From IMG/VR virus record IMGVR_UViG_3300028048_000042: a stretch of DNA of 64,000 nt, one strand, 5' to 3'. How positions within the stretch are numbered: the first letter of the stretch is position 1; each line of letters begins with the position of its first letter. This DNA is from a virus. Taxonomy: Duplodnaviria > Caudoviricetes. The translations under genes and the position numbers were made by a program. Below are positions 19,101 to 27,115 of the stretch, piece after piece. Below the pieces are notes generated by a model that worked only from the letters and a program-made list of their open reading frames with translations, searched no databases and was not told the DNA's origin.

Positions 19101-19783
19101 CTCCATTTATTACCATTACTTTAGATACAATTTTACCCGCAGGTAACATTATTGAAATTCCTATTATGACTACATATCAGCCATTGAAGGATGAATTGTT
19201 GTCCATTTGGTACAATTATATCCCATATCAGGGTGTTATGGAAAATAAAACTCAGAATTTGAAACGAATTACTGATTGGAAATATTTTGTTACAACATTA
19301 GGTACAGGTAAAGGTAATGATGAACAAATCAGGAAAAACATCATTAATGATTTACCTGGTGGTATGGCTGAAGGATATATTGTAGATAATAATGATATTA
19401 TTCTGAAAAATTTTGATACAGATATGAAATCTGCATTGTATGATGTAAATAAGAAATTAGTATTCCCAACAGATTATGCACTGAAACAGGATGCGGAATT
19501 CTGCAATCTTGTTACTGATTATAAGGTAAGAAAAAATTGTAGTAATTATCAGGATGGTAAGATTAATTTTCAAAACGTTGATTTTTGTTTGTATTTTGAT
19601 GATTGCACAATGCCTATTAAAAAATATGTTGGTGCATATTGCGTTGTTGTTACAGATACAGGCGAATTGATGGTTTTTGTGGTCGGTAATTTTGATAAAA
19701 ATGCAACGGTTATCAATAAATTGTCTCCTGTATATGGAGATTTGTACCATATGAAAGGTAGACCGACCACCGTAAGGAATTAA
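16193..19783 (+). CDS. Large tail/baseplate protein with LamG/concanavalin-like domain
   Basis: ETELNEMQ N-terminus; GTVDFFLKP...YHFRIAW...FYINGQ...KIGG...IDSM LamG-like pattern; SD AAGGAG. Confidence 0.7.
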   Translation: MDKFERFSNYNEQSAYQQVIFGHDNPILETELNEMQQLQDNSRLSLIRKQVFSGFTELVQKEFKGEPIIYNPTENGLTLVNKIAIAPFRANVAGYEINGQGNFTYNKIDNYILVDLGQTSKDALNDTLVYLEVWFETAKGDTAVTKFGYIDGDVLGTPAKDNRVAEETSRRLTLCWAIRVKNECDFNSYADGMGYNDIFHYSHVFAKANGQFGNADNVNMAFCEATNDLFRAEDFHSDKNLYVGGRPTYEVKSSTLHGKYVFALPMFRIRRRNRTKYSLSNFNGSSSYNEMVVSNNSSLKGDILNDFRPDGLAYDVIDVNDVMDLRRSVNYADYNENSIADETVNLLFSNQLQTKITKKMRRVQIGNKQVPLDDIESATVFVPFEKSVLPTIGGSANAPLIAEKADVEYQDSVCGFGAVIKNNTQLVYNIRRDADNPLMNRDKGTVDFFLKPFWNGSDEEVSQEILWLTDTANKPILKFEKKGLNLVLTHYNDLIGSSQAVATVDLSTELIKSHQFYHFRIAWTNKPMPINGMIYFYINGQIKAQAEIATCKLVASYLKIGGQSNTDKGFLIDSMIAYNTNFEILAMQGSEYGYAKNTFFPMLPNDFIHSDTLLLPAFNGYVNNLGDNAYTQQKVTTELFPISETSSGKTFTLSVSSDKKIKSIDKVYNYETHQLYTLANYSVVNNGNSAKIVFTTSFNSIKKIIVEFTLELNTGCGGQDIPTEILGATWVKYEDEADNYDYGLHNKAEVSFNAEGAYPRQVPLLKPRKVNGEEDKAYDISNKVRTQNQCYARLLYYNMSGNGTIEYNIPTYLYGYKVVGVIGCSDIAEINEVYRTPSDIPDEPEQYITVHLKEPLLIGETITFTLATEGESFDYDLNSKTIFTNMCQCKTLQIQTDGKTQTFTVPCMSNADEVMHGGILVSAFTFYDAQGKKHFQCYENSQVFYNEYGEVDEDKHRFNTREVKVSGFGTPFITITLDTILPAGNIIEIPIMTTYQPLKDELLSIWYNYIPYQGVMENKTQNLKRITDWKYFVTTLGTGKGNDEQIRKNIINDLPGGMAEGYIVDNNDIILKNFDTDMKSALYDVNKKLVFPTDYALKQDAEFCNLVTDYKVRKNCSNYQDGKINFQNVDFCLYFDDCTMPIKKYVGAYCVVVTDTGELMVFVVGNFDKNATVINKLSPVYGDLYHMKGRPTTVRN

Positions 19784-19801
19784 ATCATAAGGAAAAAGCA
19801 C

Positions 19802-19830
19802 TTGCAATTTTTTAAAATAAATGCTATAAT
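19802..19830 (+). promoter_or_regulatory. sigmaA-type promoter
   Basis: TTGCAA-17-TATAAT with extended TG; start of replication module. Confidence 0.7.
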
Positions 19831-19868
19831 ACAGTTGTTAGAAATTCAAAGTAATTTTTGAAAGGAAG

Positions 19869-20132
19869 ATGACAATGGCATTTGTAGATAATAACAATAC
19901 ATTGCATGAAAGTGTTATTTCAACAGATACGAATAAGGAAATGAAGTTCTCTTTGCTTGAAAATAAGAAGAGTGGCTTGCTTCGTGCAAGCATTCGTGAA
20001 TTTCAGCATAGTGATGCTTATGATGGCCCAACGAAGAACGGTATGATGCTTAAAATCAATACCACAGAGGACATTGAAAAGTATCAGAAAGCGTTTAATG
20101 ATTTTTTTGAGACTTTGAAGAACTTTTATTAA
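19869..20132 (+). CDS. PC4/YdbC-like ssDNA-binding protein
   Basis: ASIREF...GPTKNGMML matches the PC4 'DIRxW...PTKKGI' pattern. Confidence 0.55.
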   Translation: MTMAFVDNNNTLHESVISTDTNKEMKFSLLENKKSGLLRASIREFQHSDAYDGPTKNGMMLKINTTEDIEKYQKAFNDFFETLKNFY

Positions 20133-20190
20133 GTAGAAGGAACTCAAAACATTTTGTTTTGAGTTCCCTTTGCTATGCAAAGGAATAATT

Positions 20191-20571
20191 ATGCCAAGAA
20201 AAAAATTAACAGAAGAAGAAAAAATTGAGCGAAACAAAGAAAGAGTTCGCAATAAAATTTTAAATAATGAACCATTAACAATTACAGATTTAGCAAAACT
20301 ACTAAATAAGAAATCTTGTACTATTAAAAAGTGGGAATGGGATGAAATGATTCCTAAACCTAATTTGGTTAATGGTGTAAGAATGTATAATGTAAAAGAT
20401 TTAAGTAAGGTTTTGCATGGAATTTATAACTATCCTTGGCAAAGAAAAGTTGTCGATTTGGCTGAAATAAAACAATTGATGGATTATGTAGATTCTGTTG
20501 TAAATGTTAATTCAATAAAAAAACGTGATATTTGTGCGAGTCCTTATGAATTTAAAGGCGAATTATACTAG
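20191..20571 (+). CDS. MerR-like HTH DNA-binding protein
   Basis: LTITDLAKLLNKKSCTIKKWEWDEMIPKP...NGVRMY. Confidence 0.7.
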   Translation: MPRKKLTEEEKIERNKERVRNKILNNEPLTITDLAKLLNKKSCTIKKWEWDEMIPKPNLVNGVRMYNVKDLSKVLHGIYNYPWQRKVVDLAEIKQLMDYVDSVVNVNSIKKRDICASPYEFKGELY

Positions 20572-20573
20572 GA

Positions 20574-20879
20574 GTGAATAAAATGGATGAAAAAGAATTT
20601 TTGAATCGTTTTGATAATGGTGAAGAATTCACTGAAGAAGAATTGTCTGCTTTTAGATGGGAGTTCGTAGAAGTAAATGTGAAGTATGGTGATAACCATC
20701 GGTGGAATAGACCTGTAACTACGGTTTTTAGAGTAGATGATAGATTGTTTGCTTTGGAATGGTGGGAAGGTTTAACAGAAATGCAAGAACATGAGTTCTA
20801 TAAACAGCCATATGAAGTGGAAGAAATTGAAAAAACAATTATTGTGAAAGAATATATTAAGAAAGGTGAAAAAAAGTAA
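20574..20879 (+). CDS. Hypothetical acidic phage protein
   Basis: 101-aa ORF in operon. Confidence 0.7.
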   Translation: MNKMDEKEFLNRFDNGEEFTEEELSAFRWEFVEVNVKYGDNHRWNRPVTTVFRVDDRLFALEWWEGLTEMQEHEFYKQPYEVEEIEKTIIVKEYIKKGEKK

Positions 20880-23444
20880 ATGGTTCAGTTGGACTTAGAT
20901 AATGTCTATTTGAAGATTACAAATTTAGATAAAGACCCTGAAATGAAACTTTGGAATGAATTAAGTTTTCAGGTTCAGGTTTATGGTCAGCAAGAAATTC
21001 ATTATAGACATTTGTATAATCGAAAAACGAAAAAAACTTATGCAGGTTTGATGGATTATGTGGTTGATTTTTTCAAAAAAGAAGAAATTGATTATCAATT
21101 GATTGACCACCGCACCAAACATGAGAGTAATGCAGATTTTAGTTTGGTTGATTATATAGATAAAGAAAACAACATTGAATTAAAACTTCGTCCTTATCAA
21201 CAGGAAATTGTTGATAATTGTCGTGAGCGTGAAGTAATTCAGGCAGCGACAGGAGCAGGCAAGGCGTTACCGCTGTATACTCCTATTCTTACACCTGATG
21301 GATGGAAAGCAATGGAAGATATTCACGTTGGCGATACTGTATATGATGAAGACGGTAAAGAAACAAAAGTCATTGGTGAATTCCCACAGGGGAAACTCGA
21401 AGTTTGGGAATTGGAATTTGATGACGGAAATACTATTGAATGCAGTAAAGACCATTTGTGGAAATTTTGCATAGTCAACAAAAAGTCTCGTGAGAAAAGC
21501 GAATGGTTTGAAAAAACAACAGAAGAAATGCTTAAATTGTTAAAAGACAATGAGCTGTTTATCCCTGTTGTTAAACCAATTGAAATGTCTAAGAAAAATC
21601 TTCCATATCACCCATATTTGGCAGGTCAAATTTTCGCAGAAAAAGAATTGAAATTGGGAAAATATGCCAATCGCTTTTATGAAATGACTAAGGATTTTTC
21701 ACAAGAAGAATTGGATAAGCTGTACGCATTTGATAACTTTAAACAATATGTGTGGTCAAGCATTGCAGATAGACAAGAATTCTTAAAAGGATTAACCGAA
21801 ATCATTGATGGTAAAAGTGTTGCAGAGCGTTGGGACTGTGATTTTGAAACCATAATGGAATTTAAATTTTCAAAAGCTGAAAAAACCGAATTTGTATATA
21901 GAATTTTTTGCAGTTTAGGATTTAGCCCTGTGTGGGACAAAGATGATTTGTCTTTCAGCGTTGGTTTTATGGACGATGATTTTAATGTTGAATATAACAA
22001 TAACGAGCAAATGTTATATTATCATATTGAAAATATTTATTCAATTAACCATAAAACAGAAATGAAATGTATTGCAGTGGATAGTCCGAAGAAAACATAT
22101 GTTTGTCAGAATTACATTGTAACGCATAATACTTTAATGATGGCTGCAATTATTGCAAAATTCAATGTAAAACCTGTGTTTGTTTTTGCTGATAAGATTG
22201 GACTTTGTATGCAATTAAAGCAGGAAATTGAAAAATTCTTAGGTGTAGAAGTTGGACTTGTTGGTGATGGTATTGAAGAATACAAAGACATTACAGTGGT
22301 ATCTTTGCAATCGGCAAAAGAGGAACAAATTCAAAAAGCAAAAATGATTTTGTTTGACGAATGCTTACCACCAAAAGCCAAAGTTATGCTTGCTGATGGA
22401 ACATATAGTGAAATTAGCAGGATTGTAACGAGGTTAAAAAAAGGTGAACAAATTAGGGTCATGTCTTATAATGTTGACACAAAACAATTTGAACCAAAAT
22501 CTGTTATTAATTATGGAAGAATGCAAAAAAAAGACAGAAAAATGGTTAGAATTAACATTAGACAGGCAGATGGTACATTAAAAACCGTTACTTGTACTGA
22601 CAATCATAAAATTTGGGTTGAAAGTTTAAAACAATATATTCCTGCCAAAGATTTGGTGAGTGGGCAAAAGGTTGTTTCTGTACAAAGAAAATACAAATGT
22701 GAAGAGTGTGAGAAAGTTTTTGATTCACATTTGGTTTTGGGTGCTCACAAGTCTTCTGCTCACGGAGAACTTAACAAAAAAAAGAAGTTTAAATGTGAAG
22801 TGTGTGGGGAAGAATTGTTTTGTAGTTTACCAACATATAAAGCCCATGTAAAATCTCATGATGTGGAATATCGTCAACTTCGAGGTAAACATATCAGTAT
22901 TGCAAAAAAGATTTTTTACGCTGATGAAGAACGTTCAAAATTTGCAAGAGAATATATGAGTGAGTATATGAAACAAAACAATCCAATGGATAGGCAGGAT
23001 GTCATTGAAAAAATGGTTCGTTCACGCAAAGAATATTTTGATAATATGACAGATGAAGAATACAGTAATTTTGTAAGAAATTTTATCAATGCTTCTCCTA
23101 CTTCTTTTAAAGAACCAACGCACCCTGAACGAGTGATTATGAGTTTAAATATCCCAAATTTAGAGTATAATGGTTCTGTTGAAGATTCAAAAACATATAG
23201 ATTTAAGAAAGACAATTCTTTAAAAAAATCTGCAACACCTGATTTTATCTACTATGACCCTATTACAGGTGTCGAAAAGTTTGTTGAGTGCTTCGGTGAA
23301 CATTGGCATAAAAAAGGTGAAGATATTGCATTGGAAATGGCTTATAAAAATAATGGATATGAAGCTCTCGTGTTGTGGGAATATGAGCCGTTAGAAAAAC
23401 AGATTGAAAAACTTGAAAAGTTTTTGGGGGTGACAATTAGATGA
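20880..23444 (+). CDS. SF2 (UvsW-like) helicase, N-terminal part, with cis intein and N-half of split intein fused to an endonuclease
   Basis: Q-motif LRPYQ, Walker A ATGAGK|T, Walker B ILFDE|. Confidence 0.9.
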   Translation: MVQLDLDNVYLKITNLDKDPEMKLWNELSFQVQVYGQQEIHYRHLYNRKTKKTYAGLMDYVVDFFKKEEIDYQLIDHRTKHESNADFSLVDYIDKENNIELKLRPYQQEIVDNCREREVIQAATGAGKALPLYTPILTPDGWKAMEDIHVGDTVYDEDGKETKVIGEFPQGKLEVWELEFDDGNTIECSKDHLWKFCIVNKKSREKSEWFEKTTEEMLKLLKDNELFIPVVKPIEMSKKNLPYHPYLAGQIFAEKELKLGKYANRFYEMTKDFSQEELDKLYAFDNFKQYVWSSIADRQEFLKGLTEIIDGKSVAERWDCDFETIMEFKFSKAEKTEFVYRIFCSLGFSPVWDKDDLSFSVGFMDDDFNVEYNNNEQMLYYHIENIYSINHKTEMKCIAVDSPKKTYVCQNYIVTHNTLMMAAIIAKFNVKPVFVFADKIGLCMQLKQEIEKFLGVEVGLVGDGIEEYKDITVVSLQSAKEEQIQKAKMILFDECLPPKAKVMLADGTYSEISRIVTRLKKGEQIRVMSYNVDTKQFEPKSVINYGRMQKKDRKMVRINIRQADGTLKTVTCTDNHKIWVESLKQYIPAKDLVSGQKVVSVQRKYKCEECEKVFDSHLVLGAHKSSAHGELNKKKKFKCEVCGEELFCSLPTYKAHVKSHDVEYRQLRGKHISIAKKIFYADEERSKFAREYMSEYMKQNNPMDRQDVIEKMVRSRKEYFDNMTDEEYSNFVRNFINASPTSFKEPTHPERVIMSLNIPNLEYNGSVEDSKTYRFKKDNSLKKSATPDFIYYDPITGVEKFVECFGEHWHKKGEDIALEMAYKNNGYEALVLWEYEPLEKQIEKLEKFLGVTIR
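21264..22130 (+). mobile_element. Class 3 intein (289 aa) in Walker A, with degenerate LAGLIDADG remnants
   Basis: Starts ALPLYTPILTPDGW; block B CSKDHLW; block F MKCIAVD; ends VTHN/T. Confidence 0.9.
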
Positions 23445-23575
23445 TTTATTGTGAGAGCTTAGAAGGTGTAGTTGAATCTGTTGAATATATTGAAAATGAT
23501 AAAACTCAATTTGTTTATGATTTGACTGTTGCAGATAACCATAATTTTGTTACAGAAGATGTTGTTGTGTCTAAT
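22362..23575 (+). mobile_element. Split intein in DExH box: IntN (22362-~22680) + C2H2 Zn fingers + endonuclease, stop; IntC 23441-23575
   Basis: DE|CLPPKAKVMLADG...TCTDNHKIW; second ORF VYDLTVADNHNF...VVSN|CHH. Confidence 0.88.
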
Positions 23576-24397
23576 TGTCATCATATACCTTCTGCGACTT
23601 GCGTTGACGTTGCCAATAAATGTAAGGATGCATATTATCGCATTGGTGTATCTGCAACCCCTTGGCGTGATGCAGGTGATGAAATGCTTATTGAAGCCTG
23701 TCTTGCAAGAAAAAAACAAGGTGTAAGTATCAATGCAAGTAAGTTGATTGAACTTGGCTATCTTGTTAAACCTGATATTTATTTTGTGCCTATTAAACAG
23801 GTGTTTAAAGGTAAAAATTACAATGCCCTTTATAATCAGGCGATTGTTGAAAATAATACAAGAAATAAAATTATTTACAAAATTGCTGAACAGATGTATA
23901 ATCGTGATAAACACATTCTTATCTTGTTTAAAACAATTAAACACGGTGAAGAAATGCAAAAACAATTGTTGAAACGTCTTGGAGAAAAGGTTACGCCAAT
24001 CCGTGTAATTAATCCTAAAAATGGTAAAGAAACAACAATTCGTGTAAAGAATGTAGAAATTCTTTCAGGTGTTGATGATTCATTGCGCCGTACTGCTGTA
24101 TTTGAAGCAGTAAAACAGGGAGTGTGTCGTTGTCTTTTGGCTTCTACTATTGCAGATGAAGGACTGGATTTACCAATTCTTGATACATTGATTCTTGCAG
24201 GTGGTGGAAAATCATCTACACGAGCTTTTCAACGTGTAGGTCGTGTAATTCGCTTGTATAAAGATAAAACTAAGGCTATAGTTTTTGATTTTATTGATTA
24301 TACACCCATGTTGCGTAGACATTCACGAGCAAGACAAAAATATTATGAAACAGAACCGTTGTGGGATTTACATAAATTTGTTGTAAATCCTGATTGA
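23441..24397 (+). CDS. IntC + SF2 helicase C-terminal part
   Basis: CHH, SATP (motif III), EGLDLP (V), QRVGRVIR (VI); ATGA overlap with GGGGGTGA SD. Confidence 0.9.
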   Translation: MIYCESLEGVVESVEYIENDKTQFVYDLTVADNHNFVTEDVVVSNCHHIPSATCVDVANKCKDAYYRIGVSATPWRDAGDEMLIEACLARKKQGVSINASKLIELGYLVKPDIYFVPIKQVFKGKNYNALYNQAIVENNTRNKIIYKIAEQMYNRDKHILILFKTIKHGEEMQKQLLKRLGEKVTPIRVINPKNGKETTIRVKNVEILSGVDDSLRRTAVFEAVKQGVCRCLLASTIADEGLDLPILDTLILAGGGKSSTRAFQRVGRVIRLYKDKTKAIVFDFIDYTPMLRRHSRARQKYYETEPLWDLHKFVVNPD

Positions 24398-24407
24398 GGT
24401 AAAAAGC

Positions 24408-24995
24408 ATGGTGAATGAATCGTTACAAGTATGTATGAAAAAAGCAATTTATTGCTTATTTCCTAATGGAATGGTGTGGGTGCGCTTCAACAAAGAAGAT
24501 GTTATGACAATATACTTCATGAGCATTGCTATTGGTGAAGTGGATTATAAAACAAGAACACTTACCTTTTTTGATATAGATTCTCACAGAGAAATGTATC
24601 AGAAAGAAATTGATAATTATCAAAAAATTATTTTACAACTTCCTGATATAATAGTAAGTCTTGATAAAATGTTAAATAAAAATATTCTGTTTAGGTTTTT
24701 ATCAAAAGCTATTTTCTGTAAAACCATTTTTGTGTTCGATGAAATTAAAGCCGAGAGACAAGAACTCAAAAGAATGCATTATGAAGTGATGGAAAAATTA
24801 GTACATTGTCAAGAACAAGTGGCAAGACTTGAACGAAATCGAAAGCCGTTTATTTCTGCTTTGAATAATGTAACTATAAAAATTTATCGAGAATTTTTGC
24901 CGTTAGGTTTTAATTATAACTTAGATGAATTGACAGCTCCGCAAAATTATTTGTCGGCTGTCGAACGTTTGGAAGATTATGTTTTAAAAAAATGA
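24408..24995 (+). CDS. Hypothetical protein
   Basis: 195-aa ORF with GAGGT SD. Confidence 0.65.
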   Translation: MVNESLQVCMKKAIYCLFPNGMVWVRFNKEDVMTIYFMSIAIGEVDYKTRTLTFFDIDSHREMYQKEIDNYQKIILQLPDIIVSLDKMLNKNILFRFLSKAIFCKTIFVFDEIKAERQELKRMHYEVMEKLVHCQEQVARLERNRKPFISALNNVTIKIYREFLPLGFNYNLDELTAPQNYLSAVERLEDYVLKK

Positions 24996-25019
24996 TGCAA
25001 TACAATTGGAGGGATATGA

Positions 25020-26279
25020 ATGGCTGAAAGCGTATTTTGTGGTTTGTGCCATAAAGAATTTAAATCCGCTGTAGCTATGAAAAACCACATTTGTAAAGAA
25101 TCAGAAAGTAGACATGAGTTGATGGCTCATGTCTATAATTCTGATATTAAAATCAAGTGCGGAGAAATTAATGATTATATTGTAAAATATAGTGAATGGT
25201 TTCAAAGAGTAAATGAGATTAATTTGGAACAGACTTGCGTAGACTTTGTTGATAAAATCAAAGAAGATATTCAGAAAGAAAAAGAAGAAAAAGAATTTCA
25301 AAAAGCTGAAGAACGTAGACAAAGAGAATATCAAAAACAATTAGAGCAAATGCAACGTCTAAAAGACCTTGAAGAAGAACGAAAGCTTCGTAAAAAGGTT
25401 GAAAGTGCTCATTTTAAACAAATGGATGAAAAAGACCGCCCAAAAGCATTGCTTGATGAATATTACACTTTGACAGGTGGGTATTGTTATCAATATATGA
25501 TTGAAATGCAGTTAGTTAAAGGTTTGTATACAAAACATAATTTTGATTCCGAAACAGCGCATTTCATTATTCGTTATATGGCAAAAATGAGAATCCCTTT
25601 AAAAAACATCAATTATAAACTTGATGATGCTATGAAATTCAAAAAAGGATTGGAAGATGCTAAAGTAGAAGGTACAATTCCGTTTTTAATTAAATATTTT
25701 TATCAAAAGACGAAACAAAAACGAAATAATAAACTTTTTGTTCGTGAAATTGACCGTTTGGAATCTAGTCAGTCTTCAAATGATTTAACTTATGAACAGT
25801 TGAAACGAGTTCTTGATGGAATGATTGCTAAAGGTGAAAAAAATATTGCATTTTTTGATACATATGTATCTCAATTTGCATTTAAACAGGCAGAGTCTGC
25901 TGATAATGACCCTGTACATAATTTCACAGATGAACGAGAAGTTAAAGAAAATGTAAAACAGATTGTTTTGGGTAATTTGACGTTAGATGATGTTAATTCC
26001 AATATTCGTCAACAGTGTGCAGTAAAATTAAAACAGATTTATCTTCAAGGCAAGTTCAATAATAATTACAATTATTTTGAATGGGCATATAAAGCAAAAC
26101 TTCCCTTAGATAAAGAATTATATTCTTTTGGTATGGAACATAGTGAAGAACGTAATAGTCGCTTTAAAACATGGTATTTAAAGGCAAAAATGAGTGGAAA
26201 CGCAACAATGTTTGAAAAATATCAGAAAGCGAAACAAAAATTTGATAATTGGGTAGCTTCGTGTAAATATAATTCGTAA
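25020..26279 (+). CDS. Hypothetical protein with N-terminal C2H2-like Zn finger; possible replication initiator
   Basis: CGLC...H...H; immediately upstream of loader and DnaB (function inferred from position only). Confidence 0.55.
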   Translation: MAESVFCGLCHKEFKSAVAMKNHICKESESRHELMAHVYNSDIKIKCGEINDYIVKYSEWFQRVNEINLEQTCVDFVDKIKEDIQKEKEEKEFQKAEERRQREYQKQLEQMQRLKDLEEERKLRKKVESAHFKQMDEKDRPKALLDEYYTLTGGYCYQYMIEMQLVKGLYTKHNFDSETAHFIIRYMAKMRIPLKNINYKLDDAMKFKKGLEDAKVEGTIPFLIKYFYQKTKQKRNNKLFVREIDRLESSQSSNDLTYEQLKRVLDGMIAKGEKNIAFFDTYVSQFAFKQAESADNDPVHNFTDEREVKENVKQIVLGNLTLDDVNSNIRQQCAVKLKQIYLQGKFNNNYNYFEWAYKAKLPLDKELYSFGMEHSEERNSRFKTWYLKAKMSGNATMFEKYQKAKQKFDNWVASCKYNS

Positions 26280-26315
26280 AAAGGCATATAATACACCTAA
26301 AGGAAGGTGTAAAAA

Positions 26316-27101
26316 ATGTTTTTGACGAAAGAAGAAAAAGCGAAGTTCCGTAAGAGATTGCGAGGGGATTTGGTTCTCCATTGTCCGAAGTGTAATGGTA
26401 CAGGTTATATTACACGTATTGAGGAACGAAATGGAGTAAAGGGCGAAATTTCCTCGCATTGTTCTTGTGTGCAGGAAGTTGAAAGAAAAATGAAACTTCT
26501 TGATTCAGGGATTACTCTTGAAAGTATTCGAGATTGGAATATAGATAAAATTAAAGATAAACATTATTACAAGAAGGTTTTTGATTATATTAAAAACTTT
26601 AATGATAATTACTCAAAAGGCAAAGGGTTGTTTATTCATGGTCGGCAGGGTATTGGTAAAACGACTGTAAGCTGTATTATTGCAGAGGAAGTTTCGAAAA
26701 TTAAACCATATTTTGAACAGGATGAATATACAGTTGGGTTTATCATGTTTGCTGATGTTATTGACAATAACTTTGATGAAGAGCGTAAGCGTAAAACTGA
26801 AAAACTTTTGATGGGTGTAGATTTGCTTATTATTGATAATCTTGGTAATGAAGCAGGTCGTAATAAAGAAAGTCAGTTTGCACAACGCATTCTCGAAATG
26901 ACTTTGCGTAAACGGCATAATAATTTACTTCCTACGGTCATCACTACAAATTATGAACTAGATGAAATTGAAAAAATGTATAATAAAGATATACATGATT
27001 TCTTAATTCAGAATAATGAAGATGTTTTCTTTTCTGATGAAAATCATAGAACGATTCAGGAAACAACAGATAAAAATGCAGATGATGATTTCGATTTTTA
27101 A
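26316..27101 (+). CDS. DnaC/IstB-like helicase loader ATPase
   Basis: CPKC...CSC Zn site, GLFIHGRQGIGKT, LLIIDNLG, PTVITTN. Confidence 0.85.
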   Translation: MFLTKEEKAKFRKRLRGDLVLHCPKCNGTGYITRIEERNGVKGEISSHCSCVQEVERKMKLLDSGITLESIRDWNIDKIKDKHYYKKVFDYIKNFNDNYSKGKGLFIHGRQGIGKTTVSCIIAEEVSKIKPYFEQDEYTVGFIMFADVIDNNFDEERKRKTEKLLMGVDLLIIDNLGNEAGRNKESQFAQRILEMTLRKRHNNLLPTVITTNYELDEIEKMYNKDIHDFLIQNNEDVFFSDENHRTIQETTDKNADDDFDF

Positions 27102-27115
27102 TAGGGAGTAGTTAA

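Noticed and set aside
23421-23450. Sequencing frameshift in the G5 run fusing the helicase ORFs
   Set aside because: A well-spaced SD, an ATGA overlap and a break exactly between endonuclease and IntC fit a real split. Not fully excluded without reads.
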